Under the pieces are notes generated by a model that was given only the letters and a program-made list of their open reading frames with translations, was not told where the DNA came from and did not search any database. The position numbers were made by a program, and so were the translations under genes. A DNA stretch of 64,000 nucleotides. Origin: Negaprion brevirostris. Its lineage: Eukaryota. Position 1 is the stretch's first letter. Each line of letters opens with the position of its first letter. The DNA lies in the NCBI GenBank assembly GCA_030324005.1, contig JARDVH010000042.1, forward strand, positions 75,323,557-75,387,556, in the 5' to 3' direction. This document shows positions 1 through 13,095 of the stretch, piece after piece.

Positions 1-599
1 AATAAAACTGCAATGAGCTGTACATCTTAAAGGAAATGCACTTGAAAGTTTTTCTTCAATTTTTTTTAAGGAGCTTAGGTAAATTTCATTATTTTTATGT
101 CATGAAAGTACATATATGAAAGGTGAAATTTAAGATAAGAAGTTTGGCAATGTGGGAGAGGAGCAAGGAAGAAGAATAAGTCATGAAAGTCTCTTGAAAA
201 CATAACCACTATACTATTGTAATGGTTAACATGGTGCTTAGAATACAAAAGTGACTCTTTTCAAAGTCTTTCTTGGGTATATGTGTTGATGACAAGATCA
301 GCATTTATTATCCACCCCTAGTTTCCCTGAGGAGGTGTATTGTCGTCTTACACTGCAGCAGATACTGCAGCAGTTCACGTGAGCAGGTAAAGGTGAGTTG
401 TTTGATACAAATGAATAGCTTCCTTGGTTACTTTCCAGGCAGCTGAGTTAACCACATTGCTGAGTCATATATAGGCTTGACTGGACAAAGATGCCAGGTT
501 TCCTTTCCTAAAAGACATTAGTGAACCAGTTGGGTTTTTCCAACAACATTGTTTTCACTTTTACTAATGGTGGCATAAATTCAAATATCATATGACCCT

Positions 600-3500
600 C
601 TTCTGTGGAATATTATGAGAAGGTGTCTAAAATGAGCTTGTTGCTACTCTAAATTATACCTGCCAAATTATCCTTGTTTTATCTTGGCTGGCATTTTTTT
701 GTAGTGATACATTTCATCCACTATGAGAACTTTGTTTGTGCTAAGGTACAGAGTTAATTGGATACAATATTACAATTATCTTTAGCTCTACAATGTAGCT
801 GAAGTAATGCCTAAGAAGTATCAGAAGCTAATTCTGTTCTGGCCTGCTGAATATTGATTAAGCCAATTATATTTCAATTTTAAGATGTTGTGCAAAATAA
901 TATGTAAACTGTCAAACGTAAGGCTCCCTTAAAAAAGAATCCTTTAATATCCCAAAGGCTTATTATCTAATAAATATTTGAAGTAACAAATCCAAATTGT
1001 AGATAATGCTCTTAGCCCAATGATTAAATGGCTTGAATTCTGTCATTACACATAAAAAAAATCAATAAAATTGTTGTTCATTAAAAAAAGCATTCTGGTA
1101 TGATTGGGAGTGAGTGAGTAAAGCATCAGTTCAAAAGATGACACGATACTCAGTATTTCCAAATGCTGCTGCTTATATCTTTAGATCAAGGATATTTTAC
1201 AGTTTAAAAAAAAACACATTGTACCCCCTGAACAATGTCATCTACCTTAGAATTTGGAAGTGATTTAAATACAAGTGCAGTAATGAACCTAAAATAAGTA
1301 AGCAACACATCAGGCGAGACTAATGTTTTTGTTATTAGCGCTTTTGGAACTTATTGAATGTCACATGGGCATTTCCTACAATTACAGATGGAATATAAAA
1401 ATATCCCAAAGCCTTACGAACACAAGTGTGTATCTCTATTGTCATATAATAGCGTTTCTGATTCCACGAAATGAAGAAAGTGAGAACGTTAATTTACAAT
1501 ATATAATTTTATATGAACTACTTTCCTTAGAATTGTTAATTGACCATAACTTATTCCATTCCTTGATCACCCACCAATGCCTGATGTTTCTTCAGCCTCT
1601 CTTGACAGCAGTAATTTACACAGGGATATGATTCTACAGGTAGAAATCCAACACTCTTGCCTAAGTGACGATTCAGCATGTGTGAGCCTAAGTATTACAG
1701 TATTAAACTGCAAGAAGCATCTTAATATTCAGGTAGCGCCACTGTACACTGTACCTTATCTGGATTTTTTTTTGATTCTCCTTCATGGTGGAAACCTCCT
1801 ACCATCTGGTAGTGTTTGCCTTAGCTAACCATGCCTAAACTGGGCCTTTTCTTGCCTGTATAAATAGGTACCATATCTACATCGTAAATCCACCAAACCA
1901 TTGGAAATTTTATAGTTAAATTTTGCAAATAAAGTTTGATACCATTTTGTGTGTAAAATATTTCGCGTACATTGTAAGCACAGTACATAGTGGTGGACCA
2001 ATTATGAAGCAATTTTAAATCTGTTTTGAGAGACCTTCACATGAGGATTCCATCTTTGTTGTTCCTCCTGGGATATGGAATTAGATATTATTTGCAGTAT
2101 TAACCTTTTGTGCATCCTTTATTAATCTAAATCATTGATCTTAATTGACTGCACATAGTCTTGTAGCCACAGTGCCCATTTTAGTTAATTCATAAAATTT
2201 TTGAAGGTTCTGATGTAAAGCTACTGTTTTAAATATTTCTTTTCAAAAGTCCTTTAATGCACTGGCCCAGCAGTTGTATTTCAAAAGTAATTTATTTGTG
2301 CTCCTGTGCTTAGTTATAAAATTGTATTCTGGAACACTAGTCCAATATTAGAAACTTCTAAAAACCATTTTACACTTATTACATCACCAGGTTTTAAACA
2401 CCAACTGTTACTTTTCTTAGACAATGGTACTTTTCCAGACCCCTCTATAATGATAATATGTTTATTCCCAAAATCAGGCACACTTAGTTATCATTTTATT
2501 GGAATTACCTTAATCTTTACGTGCAACAAAACTATTTTGAGAGTTTATGGTAGAATATTGGCTACTTTCAAGTGAGGCAATTTTGGCAAGGAATTCTGAA
2601 CCTGGATGACACTTGTTTCAAAAATTGAGATACTACAGATTCTTTTGAAAAAAAAATGTTGTTAACCACCTATTCATGTTTTTGTTTTATTTATTCAAGT
2701 TGCAATTCTTTAGCCTTGTGGCTTATACCTAAGTATAATGTGCTGGACAGTAACATAAATACACTGTTGGTTAATNNNNNNNNNNCAGAAACTGTTGTTC
2801 CTCCAGTATTCCAAAGTGGGCAACCAAAGGCAGGTTACTGTGTTCTTTTTAAATTATTTCTGCTAGAAAATAGCCCCTTGATATTGTATTATGAAGCACT
2901 TCTAACCTGGCTCTAAATCTTTGTGTTATTAATAGTGTTTAAACAAATTCATCAAACCTACAAAGTCAGTATTGGCAGAATTTCTGCAAGACTTGTCAAC
3001 TTGTAAATGTTTGTCTAGAGTAGGTTTGCAAGAAGATTTTGAAACTAATGTTTATTGATAATTGAGCCAAATGTGACTGTTTATTTGAGGTCTTTCTACA
3101 GAAACATAAATTGGGCAGGGAACACCAAAACAGTGCTTGATGGGTTGAACTTCCAATTGAAGTTGTTACAGATGTGACTGCATTGCTGTCATGACCTTGG
3201 TTAACGGTAGAATAAATTATTTTTATCCCTGGGAGCCAACACTGCTTTATAAAATTATCTTGGGGCTTGTGGTTGTAAATGACACAATATTGGATACGTA
3301 CTAAAATAGTCGATCATTTAACTTGGGTTGTATGACTACTGTGTGTGAAATATGGCTTCTATAGTGCGATCTTTTAAATGCAAACGTTGTGTTTTTCTGC
3401 ATGTTCCAATGTTAGACCCATTTCACATAATCAGCTTTGCATGTAACACCTTATTTTGGGTTGCCTGTTTGCTTATTGTATTGTCTGATTGTTAGCTAGG

Positions 3501-4325
3501 ATGAAATGCACTGATTTTAGAACAGTGCCAATTGTGGTGGCTTATGTCTTAAAAGGGACCATACTTTTTCCTTTTTTTGAGTGGGCAGGGTGGTGAGGAG
3601 ATAGAAAATCTGGCAAGGGTTCTTCATAATCAATTAACAAATGTGAAAAAGCTAGGTTTACCTTTTTAAACATGTAACCCCTCTCTTGGAATCTGTATCC
3701 TGAGCATTTTAAAATGTCTGTGCCAAGTTTGGTGAAGGTACAGATTTGAAATCTCATTGGAGCTTATAAGCAGAAAGGGGCCTTTTGTTACTAAAATTAA
3801 ACGCACAAAATAAGCATTTATTGACACTTGTGCCTTGAGCCATTGCTTTATCTCTTGTAGATCTGGCAAATTAATATAGCGCAGTTAATTTAGTTCAGAT
3901 GGTGGCATAATAGAATTGTATGTAGCAAGGAGCTTGATAATGGACCTCATGATTTGATTTGCTTTTGGAAAACAAAGCCCACTATTTCCATGCTACAAAG
4001 TTTTTGAAATATTATTGATAAAGGGGAAATACCACCATTAGAATACAATTACAAAATGTATGGTCCTTCATTAGTTACAGTGCTTTTTAAATAAAACTCA
4101 GCTTAACAGTTTATGGTATATGTATAGTTAAATTGCAATGTTAATGTTTGCTTCTGGAGTTAGGCAAATTTTCAAATGTATAGACATTGTAGATCATGTT
4201 GCTGTATGCCATTAGATCTATGAACATTTCGCATATTAAAAATCTGTTTACTTCTGTAAGGTTTTTTATAATTATGTTGTATAACTATAAAAAATAAAAT
4301 AAATTTCTGTGCAATTCAATTGTGT
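600..4325 (+). other. Probable long 3' UTR of an upstream gene (SPIN1 expected from synteny)
   Basis: About 3.7 kb of AT-rich DNA with no recognisable transposons, ending in tandem AATAAA (4293-4298, 4298-4303) followed by GT-rich sequence. Repeat-dense DNA starts ~300 bp later. Gene identity is inference from the recalled vertebrate SPIN1-NXNL2 order; no coding exon is visible. Confidence 0.4.
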
Positions 4326-4619
4326 ATGAAACAATCTTTAACCATTATTTTTCAAATTCTTATTTAAGTGGAAGACAGTTGACATTGAACAAGGACAGTA
4401 TTCACATTTCTGTGATTAATAGTAAGTACAAGTGGTGGCATACCCAGTACGACTACACTTAATCCAATACTTTGCTGGGACTTGTCTCATTTTGACCCTA
4501 GATACTTTATTACTCCACAGTGTAAAGGAACAATTTTATTTGTGTGGATACCAACTGATCCTGTGAGCAATCCAGGTTTACCTGACTCTTTATTTCTTGA
4601 TAAGATGTGAGAGCAATTA

Positions 4620-7120
4620 AGGCAGCATTTATTTTTCATCCCTAATTATCTTTGAGTGGTGAGACATTGCTTTGAATTGCTACACTCCATGTGGTGTAGG
4701 TGCAGCTGCAGTGCTGTTGGGAAGGAAATTCCAGGATTTTGACCAAGCAACAGTGAGAGAATGACAACATATTCCAAGCCAGGATGGTGTGTGAGTTATA
4801 GGTGGTAGGGTTCTTGTGGATCTCCTGCCCTTGTCCTAGCTTGTAAAGGTCATGGGTTTCGGAAGGTCCTGTCAAAGGAGCCTTAGCGAGTTGCTTGCTG
4901 TGCATCTTGTAGATGGTACACACTGTTGTCACTAGTTGTCACTGTGCGCTAGTGGTAGTGGGAATGGATGTTTACGTCAGTGGATCAGTTGCTGATCAAG
5001 TGGACTACTTAGGCCTGAGTGCTGTTGTGCTTCTTGAGTTTTGTTGGAGCTGCACCCATCCATGCAAGTGAGGACTGCCCCATCACATTCCTGAGTTGCA
5101 TCTTGTGGATGGTGGACCGGCTTTGGGGAGTTGGAAGTGTGTTACTCAGCACAGAAATCCCAGCTTCTGATGTACTATTATAGCTAGTTAACTTTCTGGT
5201 CAATGGTAAGCCCTAGTACAGAGGTCTTCTCATGCAGTGAGCATCATTTCTACCTCTGAGCTAGAAACTCTGGGGTCAAGTCCGACCCCTGGTCTTGATA
5301 GTCACAAAGGTGTGTTCATTACCTGGCCAAACAGAAAACCTTTTTGATACATTTTCACAGTAAGAGCCCTAGGGGTAGTAGCGACATTTATACTCTGTGG
5401 CAAGCATCTTTGCTTCAAGTAACAGCTGGGAGAGAGAAAGACTACATGATGTTCCTAGNNNNNNNNNNCCTAGGGTTCTGGTAATGCCATTAAATGTTAA
5501 GGGGAAATATTTAGTTTTTCTGTTGATCATTTCCTGATGTTGTTTGCTGCACATCAACCCAAAGCTGAATGTTGTCTGGCCTTGCTACACTCAGGCACAG
5601 ACTGCTTCAGTGTTTAAGTAGTTGCAAATGTTACTGAACTCTTCAATCATCAGTGAACACCCCACTTTTGATCTTTTGTTTGAGGGAACATCATATNNNN
5701 NNNNNNNNNNNNNNNNNNNNNNNNNNNNNNNNNNNNNNNNNNNNNNNNNNNNNNNNNNNNNNNNNNNNNNNNNNNNNNNNNNNNNNTTTGTGCCAGATAT
5801 GATTCCAACCACTGGAGATCTTCCCTCCCCGCTCCCCACCTCGTCAATTCCCAATGACTTCCATTTGATGCGGGATCTTCATTGTCGCAGTTTACCAATT
5901 CCTACCTTGATGTCAAGACTAGTCACTCTGAAATTTAGTTCTTTTGTCCATGTGTGGACCAAAGTTGTAATGAGGATTACAATAAGCATTAGTGAGGAGG
6001 TTATTACTGAGTAAGTGTCCCTTGCTAGCATCGTCAATAATGTCTCCCATCACTTTGTTGAATGTGGAGGGTAGACTTGGTTGTGGCATGGTTAGGATGA
6101 CATCTTCCATCTGCAAGAGGCAATGGTAATACACTATCCGAACTCAAGCGAGGTCAAATGAAATCATCTGTGCCACTTCTTTTGATGGCTGAACAAGCTG
6201 ATTCTGGAACGGCAAAGTCTGATACAAGTGAAACTTTCTTATCGGTGATGTGGAATGATCTGCCCACACTTTATTTGCATGGCTGGTGACTGCTTTGGAG
6301 TTTCTGAAACCATATGTCATACTGGCAAGTTTCTGCTCTCAATTGGTATCATCATTTGCATTAATCATCAGCTAGAGTTTCCCACTTGTGATTGATGTTG
6401 AAGCCTTTCTTGTCTCTTCACAGAATCTCCTTTTTGAATCAGAGCTTTTGGGCTCTGCTGCTCTTTTGTCATGGGCTATCATTCTGCATGGCATATCCTT
6501 TGAGATGTGGCATTTATTCTGTGCGCAAGACATAGTGGGGCAATATTCCACATTTTTGATTAGATGCCAGTGTAACAGATGTGCTGGAACAGCTTGAGGA
6601 GAAACATGTGAAGTTCTAGATCACAACTACTGCAGCTGGGATGTTGGCAGGACCCTTGGCCTTCCAGTGCATTTAGCTTCTTGATATCACACAGCGTGAA
6701 TCAAGTTGCCTGACGACTGATATGCCTGTTGACTTGGTACTACTGGATGGTTGCAAATGTATTAGTCTTGCCTTTTGCACTGATCTTCCTAGCTGTCCCA
6801 TTATGGACAATGGGGACGTTTGCGGCGCCTGTTGCATTGGGCAGTTGCTTAAATACCTGTCATTTACAACTGTAGTAGGATTGCATGCCCTGATCTGATC
6901 AATTGTGGGATTGCTTAGCTGTAAAACATGCTGACTGCATGTTTGTAGTCCTGCATTGTAGTTTCAACAGGTTGGTAACTCATTTTTAGGAGTGATGCTG
7001 CTGTAGGCATGCTCTGCTATAGTTTTTGCTGAATGGGGTTGTTTCCCTGGTTTGATTGGAATGGTACAATGAACAATACACTGAGCCATAATGTTACATA
7101 GAGATTCTGGTTGAATACAG
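4620..7120 (-). mobile_element. Decayed CR1/L2-group LINE
   Basis: Minus-strand remnants such as TIHKMQLRNVM..SSLAWMGAAPTKLKK and LPSTFNKVMGDII. The 3' UTR is shared with other fragments in the window (~36130-36250, 39280-39530, 54270-54545, 55300-55960). Several gaps. Confidence 0.6.
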
Positions 7121-7729
7121 TTCTNNNNNNNNNNNNNNNNNNNNNNNNNNNNNNNNNNNNNNNNNNNNNNNNNNNNNNNNNNNNNNNNNNNNNNNNNNNN
7201 NNNNNNNNNNNNNNNNNNNNNNNNNNNNNNNNNNNNNNNNNNNNNNNNNNNNNNNNNNNNNNNNNNNNNNNNNNNNNNNNNNNNNNNNNNNNNNNNNNNN
7301 NNNNNNNNNNNNNNNNNNNNNNNNNNNNNNNNNNNNNNNNNNNNNNNNNNNNNNNNNNNNNNNNNNNNNNNNNNNNNNNNNNNNNNNNNNNNNNNNNNNN
7401 NNNNNNNNNNNNNNNNNNNNNNNNNNNNNNNNNNNNNNNNNNNNNNNNNNNNNNNNNNNNNNNNNNNNNNNNNNNNNNNNNNNNNNNNNNNNNNNAGATG
7501 GCCTCCTTAAATTAGCTTTAACAAAGCTCTCAATGAGTCTTAATTGGCTGCCCTCTCATGGAGACGAGCAGCCCTGCTTGCCCAAATACATCCTGGACAA
7601 AATGGCCAAATTCTGGAACGATATCATGAAACCAGCATGCCAGCCAGTTGCAGCATTTTCACACTCCTAGTTCTATTATTTAAAGACTCCTTTCTTAACC
7701 TTGGCAGGACCTGAAAATATGCCCAAAAT

Positions 7730-8540
7730 GTTAGTGTGTAGATACAGCAAGAAATTTGGAAGGCAAATTGAATGTTGGCCTTTATTGCATGAGAGGTGAA
7801 TTATAGAAGTAAGGAAGTCATAGTATAACTGTACAAGGCATCAATGAGGCATGTGTATATTTTGCTCTCCATATTTAAGGAGGGACGTATTTGCATTGGA
7901 GAGAGTTCAGAGATGGTTAAGGGTTAATATGGGGCGGAGGGGTAGGGGTAAGGGCATGACTTATGAAGAAAGGTTGAGCTTGCACTTGAATTAGAGTTCA
8001 GAAGGTTAGGTGGTGATCTTTGTTATATATTTAAAAGGGTTGCATGATTGCTTTAAGAGCTGATCATATGCTTTGATAACGATATCAGAAGCTGCTGTTT
8101 TACTTTCAGTTGTACTCTGGAGTGCAGAGAACAGCTCTTTAATAAATCTGTTGTTTCTTTCCACACGTAGATTCAAACTTTTTTTTTGCTAAAACCACAA
8201 CCCCTAACAGCTGAAATACAAGATTCTGAGGGGGCTTGGCAAGATAGATGCCCCATGTGGGAATCTAGGACTATGGAATATCACATTCAAATAATAGCTT
8301 ACCCATTTAAGATCATTAAGAAATAATTTATTTTCTGATGGTTGTAAATCTTTGGAATTCCCCACCACAGAAAGCAGTGGCTGTTGAGTCAAATACTATT
8401 GGCAAGGCTCAAATAAACAGATTTTTGGTCTATGATGGAGTCAACGGTTATGGGGAACAAGCAGGTCAGATCAATAATGATCTTACTGAACTGCAGAGCA
8501 AGTCAAAGGAGTTGTGTGCCCTACTCCTAGTTCTTATGTG
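7730..8540 (+). mobile_element. Decayed CR1 LINE 3' end
   Basis: KANxMLAFI-like and VVNLWNSPPQKAV motifs, with a CCTACTCCTAGTTCTTATG tail. Confidence 0.65.
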
Positions 8541-9040
8541 AAGTTAATTAATATTTTCAGTATAATAAAGCAGTAATGCAATGTGATTCAATTTGAAAGA
8601 AAGTCAGAGTGGGGTACTGAGTGATTGCAGAGCTGAATATTTTGTTAATAGTATTAAAATTGGGAATTTTTGTTAAGTATTTCATGAGATGAAATTTAGC
8701 TTAATTTGGGATTTGGAAACTAAAAACTGTAAATTGGTTAAGATACCTAGTTAATTGAGACTTCCCACCAGTAGCAAATAACTGTCAATCATAATGTAAT
8801 TGCCTGCAGCAGGAAGCTGAATTAGAAGTTGCAACTTTAAGAGTCACAGTACTGGATTTTCATGTAGTCGGAAACTCTCTGGAGACCTTTAACATGGGTG
8901 AGGNNNNNNNNNNNNNNNNNNNNNNNNNNNNNNNNNNNNNNNNNNNNNNNNNNNNNNNNNNNNNNNNNNNNNNNNNNNNNNNNNNNNNNNNNNNNNNNNN
9001 NNNAAGTTGGGAAAATTACTCTATTCTTTTTCTCTTAAAG

Positions 9041-9115
9041 AAACCAAAGAAGAACTGGAAGAGCTGACGCTCAGAATCAAGAGAACGGCAAACACAGTCC
9101 GAAATAAGCTAAAGA
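9041..9115 (+). CDS. Isolated syntaxin-1/2/3-family exon (Habc domain, Hb helix)
   Basis: Polypyrimidine tract plus AAAG acceptor, 75 nt, GTAAGT donor, phase 1-1. Translates (K)[24 protein letters not shown](S), similar to recalled STX1A [26 protein letters not shown] and STX3 [26 protein letters not shown]. No other syntaxin exon was recognised in the window. Confidence 0.85.
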
Positions 9116-10639
9116 GTAAGTTGTTTCAGACAAGTCAATGAAATCGTTACCAGAAGACATGTATTTAACATGACTCATGAAAACCAGAGGGGATACAGGG
9201 TTGTAAAAATAGGTTATCATTTGAAGGGTTAGTAGAAGCAGATCCAATAACTTTCTGAAGAAAATTGGATAAATATTTGAAAAGGAATAAAAATTTGCTG
9301 GGCTGTTTGGGAAAAAGCACACTTTAAACTGACCCCAGTCTGGCTGTTACAAAGGGCCTTAATCTATAGTTTGGAGTTATAAATTTATGGAGGAGATAAA
9401 GGATGGACAATGGTCTGTGTCATGATCTGTAGTTATTTAAATCCTCAGCCCTTTTAAAAACAAAAATAAACCTAGATTGCAGTTATCACTGAGTGAATTA
9501 AACCACTCTGCTGGAGTGCATTGATTTATAGGTTATCTGGTGCAGCTTAGAAAAAAAATAGCATCTGCTCCTGCAGCATCAATGGACTTAATTATTGACA
9601 TTTTCCAAGGGCATTTACTACAGTTAAGTCCATTATGAATGCTTGGGGTGTTTCAAAATGTTCTAAGTTGATTAGTCCCCCTCATTGAGATGAGTGCACA
9701 CTTTTATCAACAAGGAAATATTAATAGATTAGCTGTTTTGATGCGATTACTGAATAGAAGTTTGTGCTTAGAATGTGCTGACCACTTGGGATTTAAAATC
9801 TTTGTTTTATGAGTGAGAGTGCTATTAGATTGTTAGAAATTTAACTTTTTCAGCTGCTGAGGTCTGTCTTTAATGGACACCTGAGTGAATGACTATGGAG
9901 TATAGAGGGTATGAGGTGGCATGGAGAGGACATGGGGAGTGTAAGGGGGTATGAAAGTCTATGGCGTGGAAGGGCATTGGGTATGAGGTTGCATGGGGTG
10001 TATAAGGGGTCATGGAGGTGTGAGGGAGTAGTGGGGCATGCGGTAGCATGGAGAGATATAAGTCAAAGGCTAGAGGATTGAACAGTCTTTTATAAAACTG
10101 AGTCAAAATCTCAGGACCAAGACAGGCCTTCCAATCAACCTGCCTTGGTACTCCCCATGACTGCCTTTAAACTGCCTCAGAGGTGACAGGCCCAACTCAA
10201 TCATGCCCCATGTCCTTGGAGAGAAAATTGCATGTGATGGCCTTTATATTGAGGTGGGTCGAGCTACATCTCATGAGCTTTATGCAGGTAAACTGTAGTT
10301 GCTAGCACAATGTTCATGAAAGAGTGCATCATTGACAAAATGCTAATGTCAGAAATCTGGAAATGGTAGTTGGGTGTAGAGGAGGAAGGATGATTTTTGC
10401 TAATTTTTTGCTTCCAGTAGCAGGTGTTTTCTTTTGTCTCCAGGCTAGGAAACTGTAAATTGCTGTTTACTGAATTAATACATAAACCAGTCAAATAAAC
10501 AAAAAATAGATGTACACAGTGCAACCGCAGAATGTAGCAGTTTGCGAAGAGGAACGATGTGAACAACGGTGGTCTATTTAATGCCAAAGCTGCTTCCCAC
10601 GTTAACATAGTAACATCAGCGATAACAAGACAACATTGG

Positions 10640-11632
10640 AACTCTTTGAGATCCACAGAAGGATGAACCAGGGTTGTATCTTGGCACCAACATTCTTCGA
10701 CATATTCCTTGCTGCTGTCATGTGTCAGCAGATTATTTAAATGATGTCTACTTGCATACCAGAACTGACAAAAAAACTGTTCATTCTTGCTTGCCTGACA
10801 TCCAAGACTTAAGTGTACCAAGTTTTCATTAGGGAGTTTTCTATGCTAGTGATTTTGTACAAGGATTCCATATCGAACATCTTTTGCAGAAAATAGACAA
10901 ACTCTCCCATATCTGCAAAGAGTTTGGTTTGACAATCTGCATCAGGAAGATGAATGTCATGGAACATGACCTCGCTATACAACCATCAATCAGCAATGAT
11001 ACTCAAAGCTGGAGATTATTGACAGTTCCACATCTCTAAGTTCTACAATTGTATCAAACTGTCACTTGACGCTGAAATCAACATGTACATTGTAAAAGCT
11101 GCAGCTATGTCCAAGTTGAATGAAACAACAACATGATGTTGAACTTAAGTGCCAGTCGATTAAGCCTGCGGTCGCAATGCATACCTCTACAGTAGCGAGA
11201 ACTGGACAACATATGCTAGTCAGGAGAAAAGGCTGAACAATTTCCATTTTTGCAGTTTCAGATATAGGCATTTCTAGAACAAGACTGCCAACTCAGAAGT
11301 TCTGGAGTATGCTAATTCCAACAACTTACACTTCTTATTAACAACGACATCAGCAACATCCACTGGGTATAAGGTTTTTGTGGCGAACTGGTCAATGGCC
11401 CACAATACCCATACCTCTGTCGGACACTGTAAGCAGAATATGAAAATGACAAAAATCATCACTTGCAATTGTCTATTCGGAGGAGCATTGGAAGAAACCA
11501 GGAGAACCAGAAAGCTCTGTTGGCTGAAAACAGGCTCTCAAATCTATCAACCTCTCTGCCAACTGCCTTTATCTGCAACAAGTGTGGCAGAGGCCACTCT
11601 ACCAGAAAGGGCATCCTGAGCCACACTAGATG
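10640..11632 (+). mobile_element. Decayed RTE-clade LINE (RT to 3' end)
   Basis: Frameshifted motifs QGCILAPTFFDIF, a FYA(D)D-like segment, FGLTICIRKMNVM and a C-terminal CNKCGRGHSTRKGILSHTR-like zinc motif. Confidence 0.7.
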
Positions 11633-11637
11633 ATTAA

Positions 11638-12388
11638 CTGTTACGACTGGGATGGGAGGAGTGCAAAGCTTTTCTAGTCCCATAAGTGTAAATGTTCTAT
11701 TCACGTGCCAAAATGGCCTGTTGTTCAAACTAGAATAATGGAGACTTAACCAGGCTTGGACTAATAGTCACTATAGTTGCCTAAAAATTCTTTCCAAAGG
11801 ACCTTTGCTGTGATGGAGAACAGCACAAGATTAGTGTCCTTGGGATCTCTCCCACATCTCAACTTCTCAGGTTTCCAATTACAGATGGGCTGTACTGAGT
11901 TGAGGATTCCTAGAAAGATACTGATAATTACACTGAATTTTAGGCAAGTCAGTGAGAGAGCAAGTTGAACAGACTTCTCCTTCCATCTCTGCACATAGGA
12001 ACACCAGATCGACACCATAAAACGCTTCAAACTTTATTATTTTTTATAAAATTTTCCCATTGGCCAAAAGATGTTTTTTTTTCCTTTAACTGCCAACCAC
12101 TGCAGAGGCCCCATTTGTTTTACCTGTATGTGTGTGTCCAGAACGTGTTGGGATTTAAGGGGTTATTATGGTTATACTTCCAGATTACAAATTGTATGTT
12201 AATCAGTTTTTCAAACTTGTTTTTGAGACCAAATTTTATTAAATTAATTATTTTGAGTTTATTGAAAGAACCCTGGTTCAGTCTCCTTTATTCTAGTTTG
12301 AACAATAGGCCATTTTGGTGAGTGAATAGAACATTTACACTTATTGGGCTAGAAAAGCTTTGCGCTCCTCCCATCCCACTCATAAGAG
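11638..12388. mobile_element. Non-autonomous DNA transposon (MITE), piggyBac-like
   Basis: ~120-bp imperfect terminal inverted repeats (11638-11757, 12269-12388), also visible as the near-identical 'NNRPFW..NRTFTL.GLEKLC.PPIP' translations on opposite strands in the ORF track. Flanked by TTAA (11634-11637) and TTAG (12389-12392). Confidence 0.7.
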
Positions 12389-12989
12389 TTAGACTGACTG
12401 CTCAAAAACAAATTGCATTTGGATCTCCAACTGCTGATGCTTGTACTCTTAATGCTCATTTTGGACAGTTATACCTTCTAATAGTTGTAGCTTTCCCCCA
12501 TTTGGATATTGCTCAGTTAACACGTTATTGCAACTCAAGAATGTGCTGAGACATCAGAACAAGTGCAGAGGGAGCTGTCAAAGCATAACACACATGGGAG
12601 CAGAAATGACAGTGGGCGCAGGAATTGTTTTCAACGCTGATGATTGTTTGATTTATATCAATAAACTTGTACTAATGTCAATGATTTTCACAATTTCAAT
12701 TTGCAATCTTTGCAGATTCCTATTTCTTTGTACAATACTCTGATTGAATTCAAAAGAATAACTAGNNNNNNNNNNNNNNNNNNNNNNNNNNNNNNNNNNN
12801 NNNNNNNNNNNNNNNNNNNNNCATTAGTCCGAATTAACTACTGGGGATTGCTCATCTGTAATTAAAAATGCATTGGAAAGGACTGGCTGATTCTAAAACT
12901 CTTCCACCTATGGAAATACATACAACGCCATTATCAAGGTGGATGACAGAGTTTGGTTCCAGTTCCAACTTGCCCTGTTTGAGAATTGA

Positions 12990-13095
12990 AATCCCACTCA
13001 CCTGATGAAGGAGCACTGCTCCGAAAGCTAGTGACTTGTCTTACCAAATAAACCTATTGGACTTTAATCTGGTGTTGTGAGACTTCTTACTGTGC
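12990..13095 (+). mobile_element. Penelope-like element terminal repeat fragment with minimal hammerhead ribozyme motif
   Basis: TCAC-CTGATGA-A-GGAGC-ACT-GCTCC-GAAA-GCT-A-GTGA (12998-13034), then CCAAATAAACC...TGGTGTTGTGAGACTTCTTAC. The same repeat recurs three more times in the window. Confidence 0.75.
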
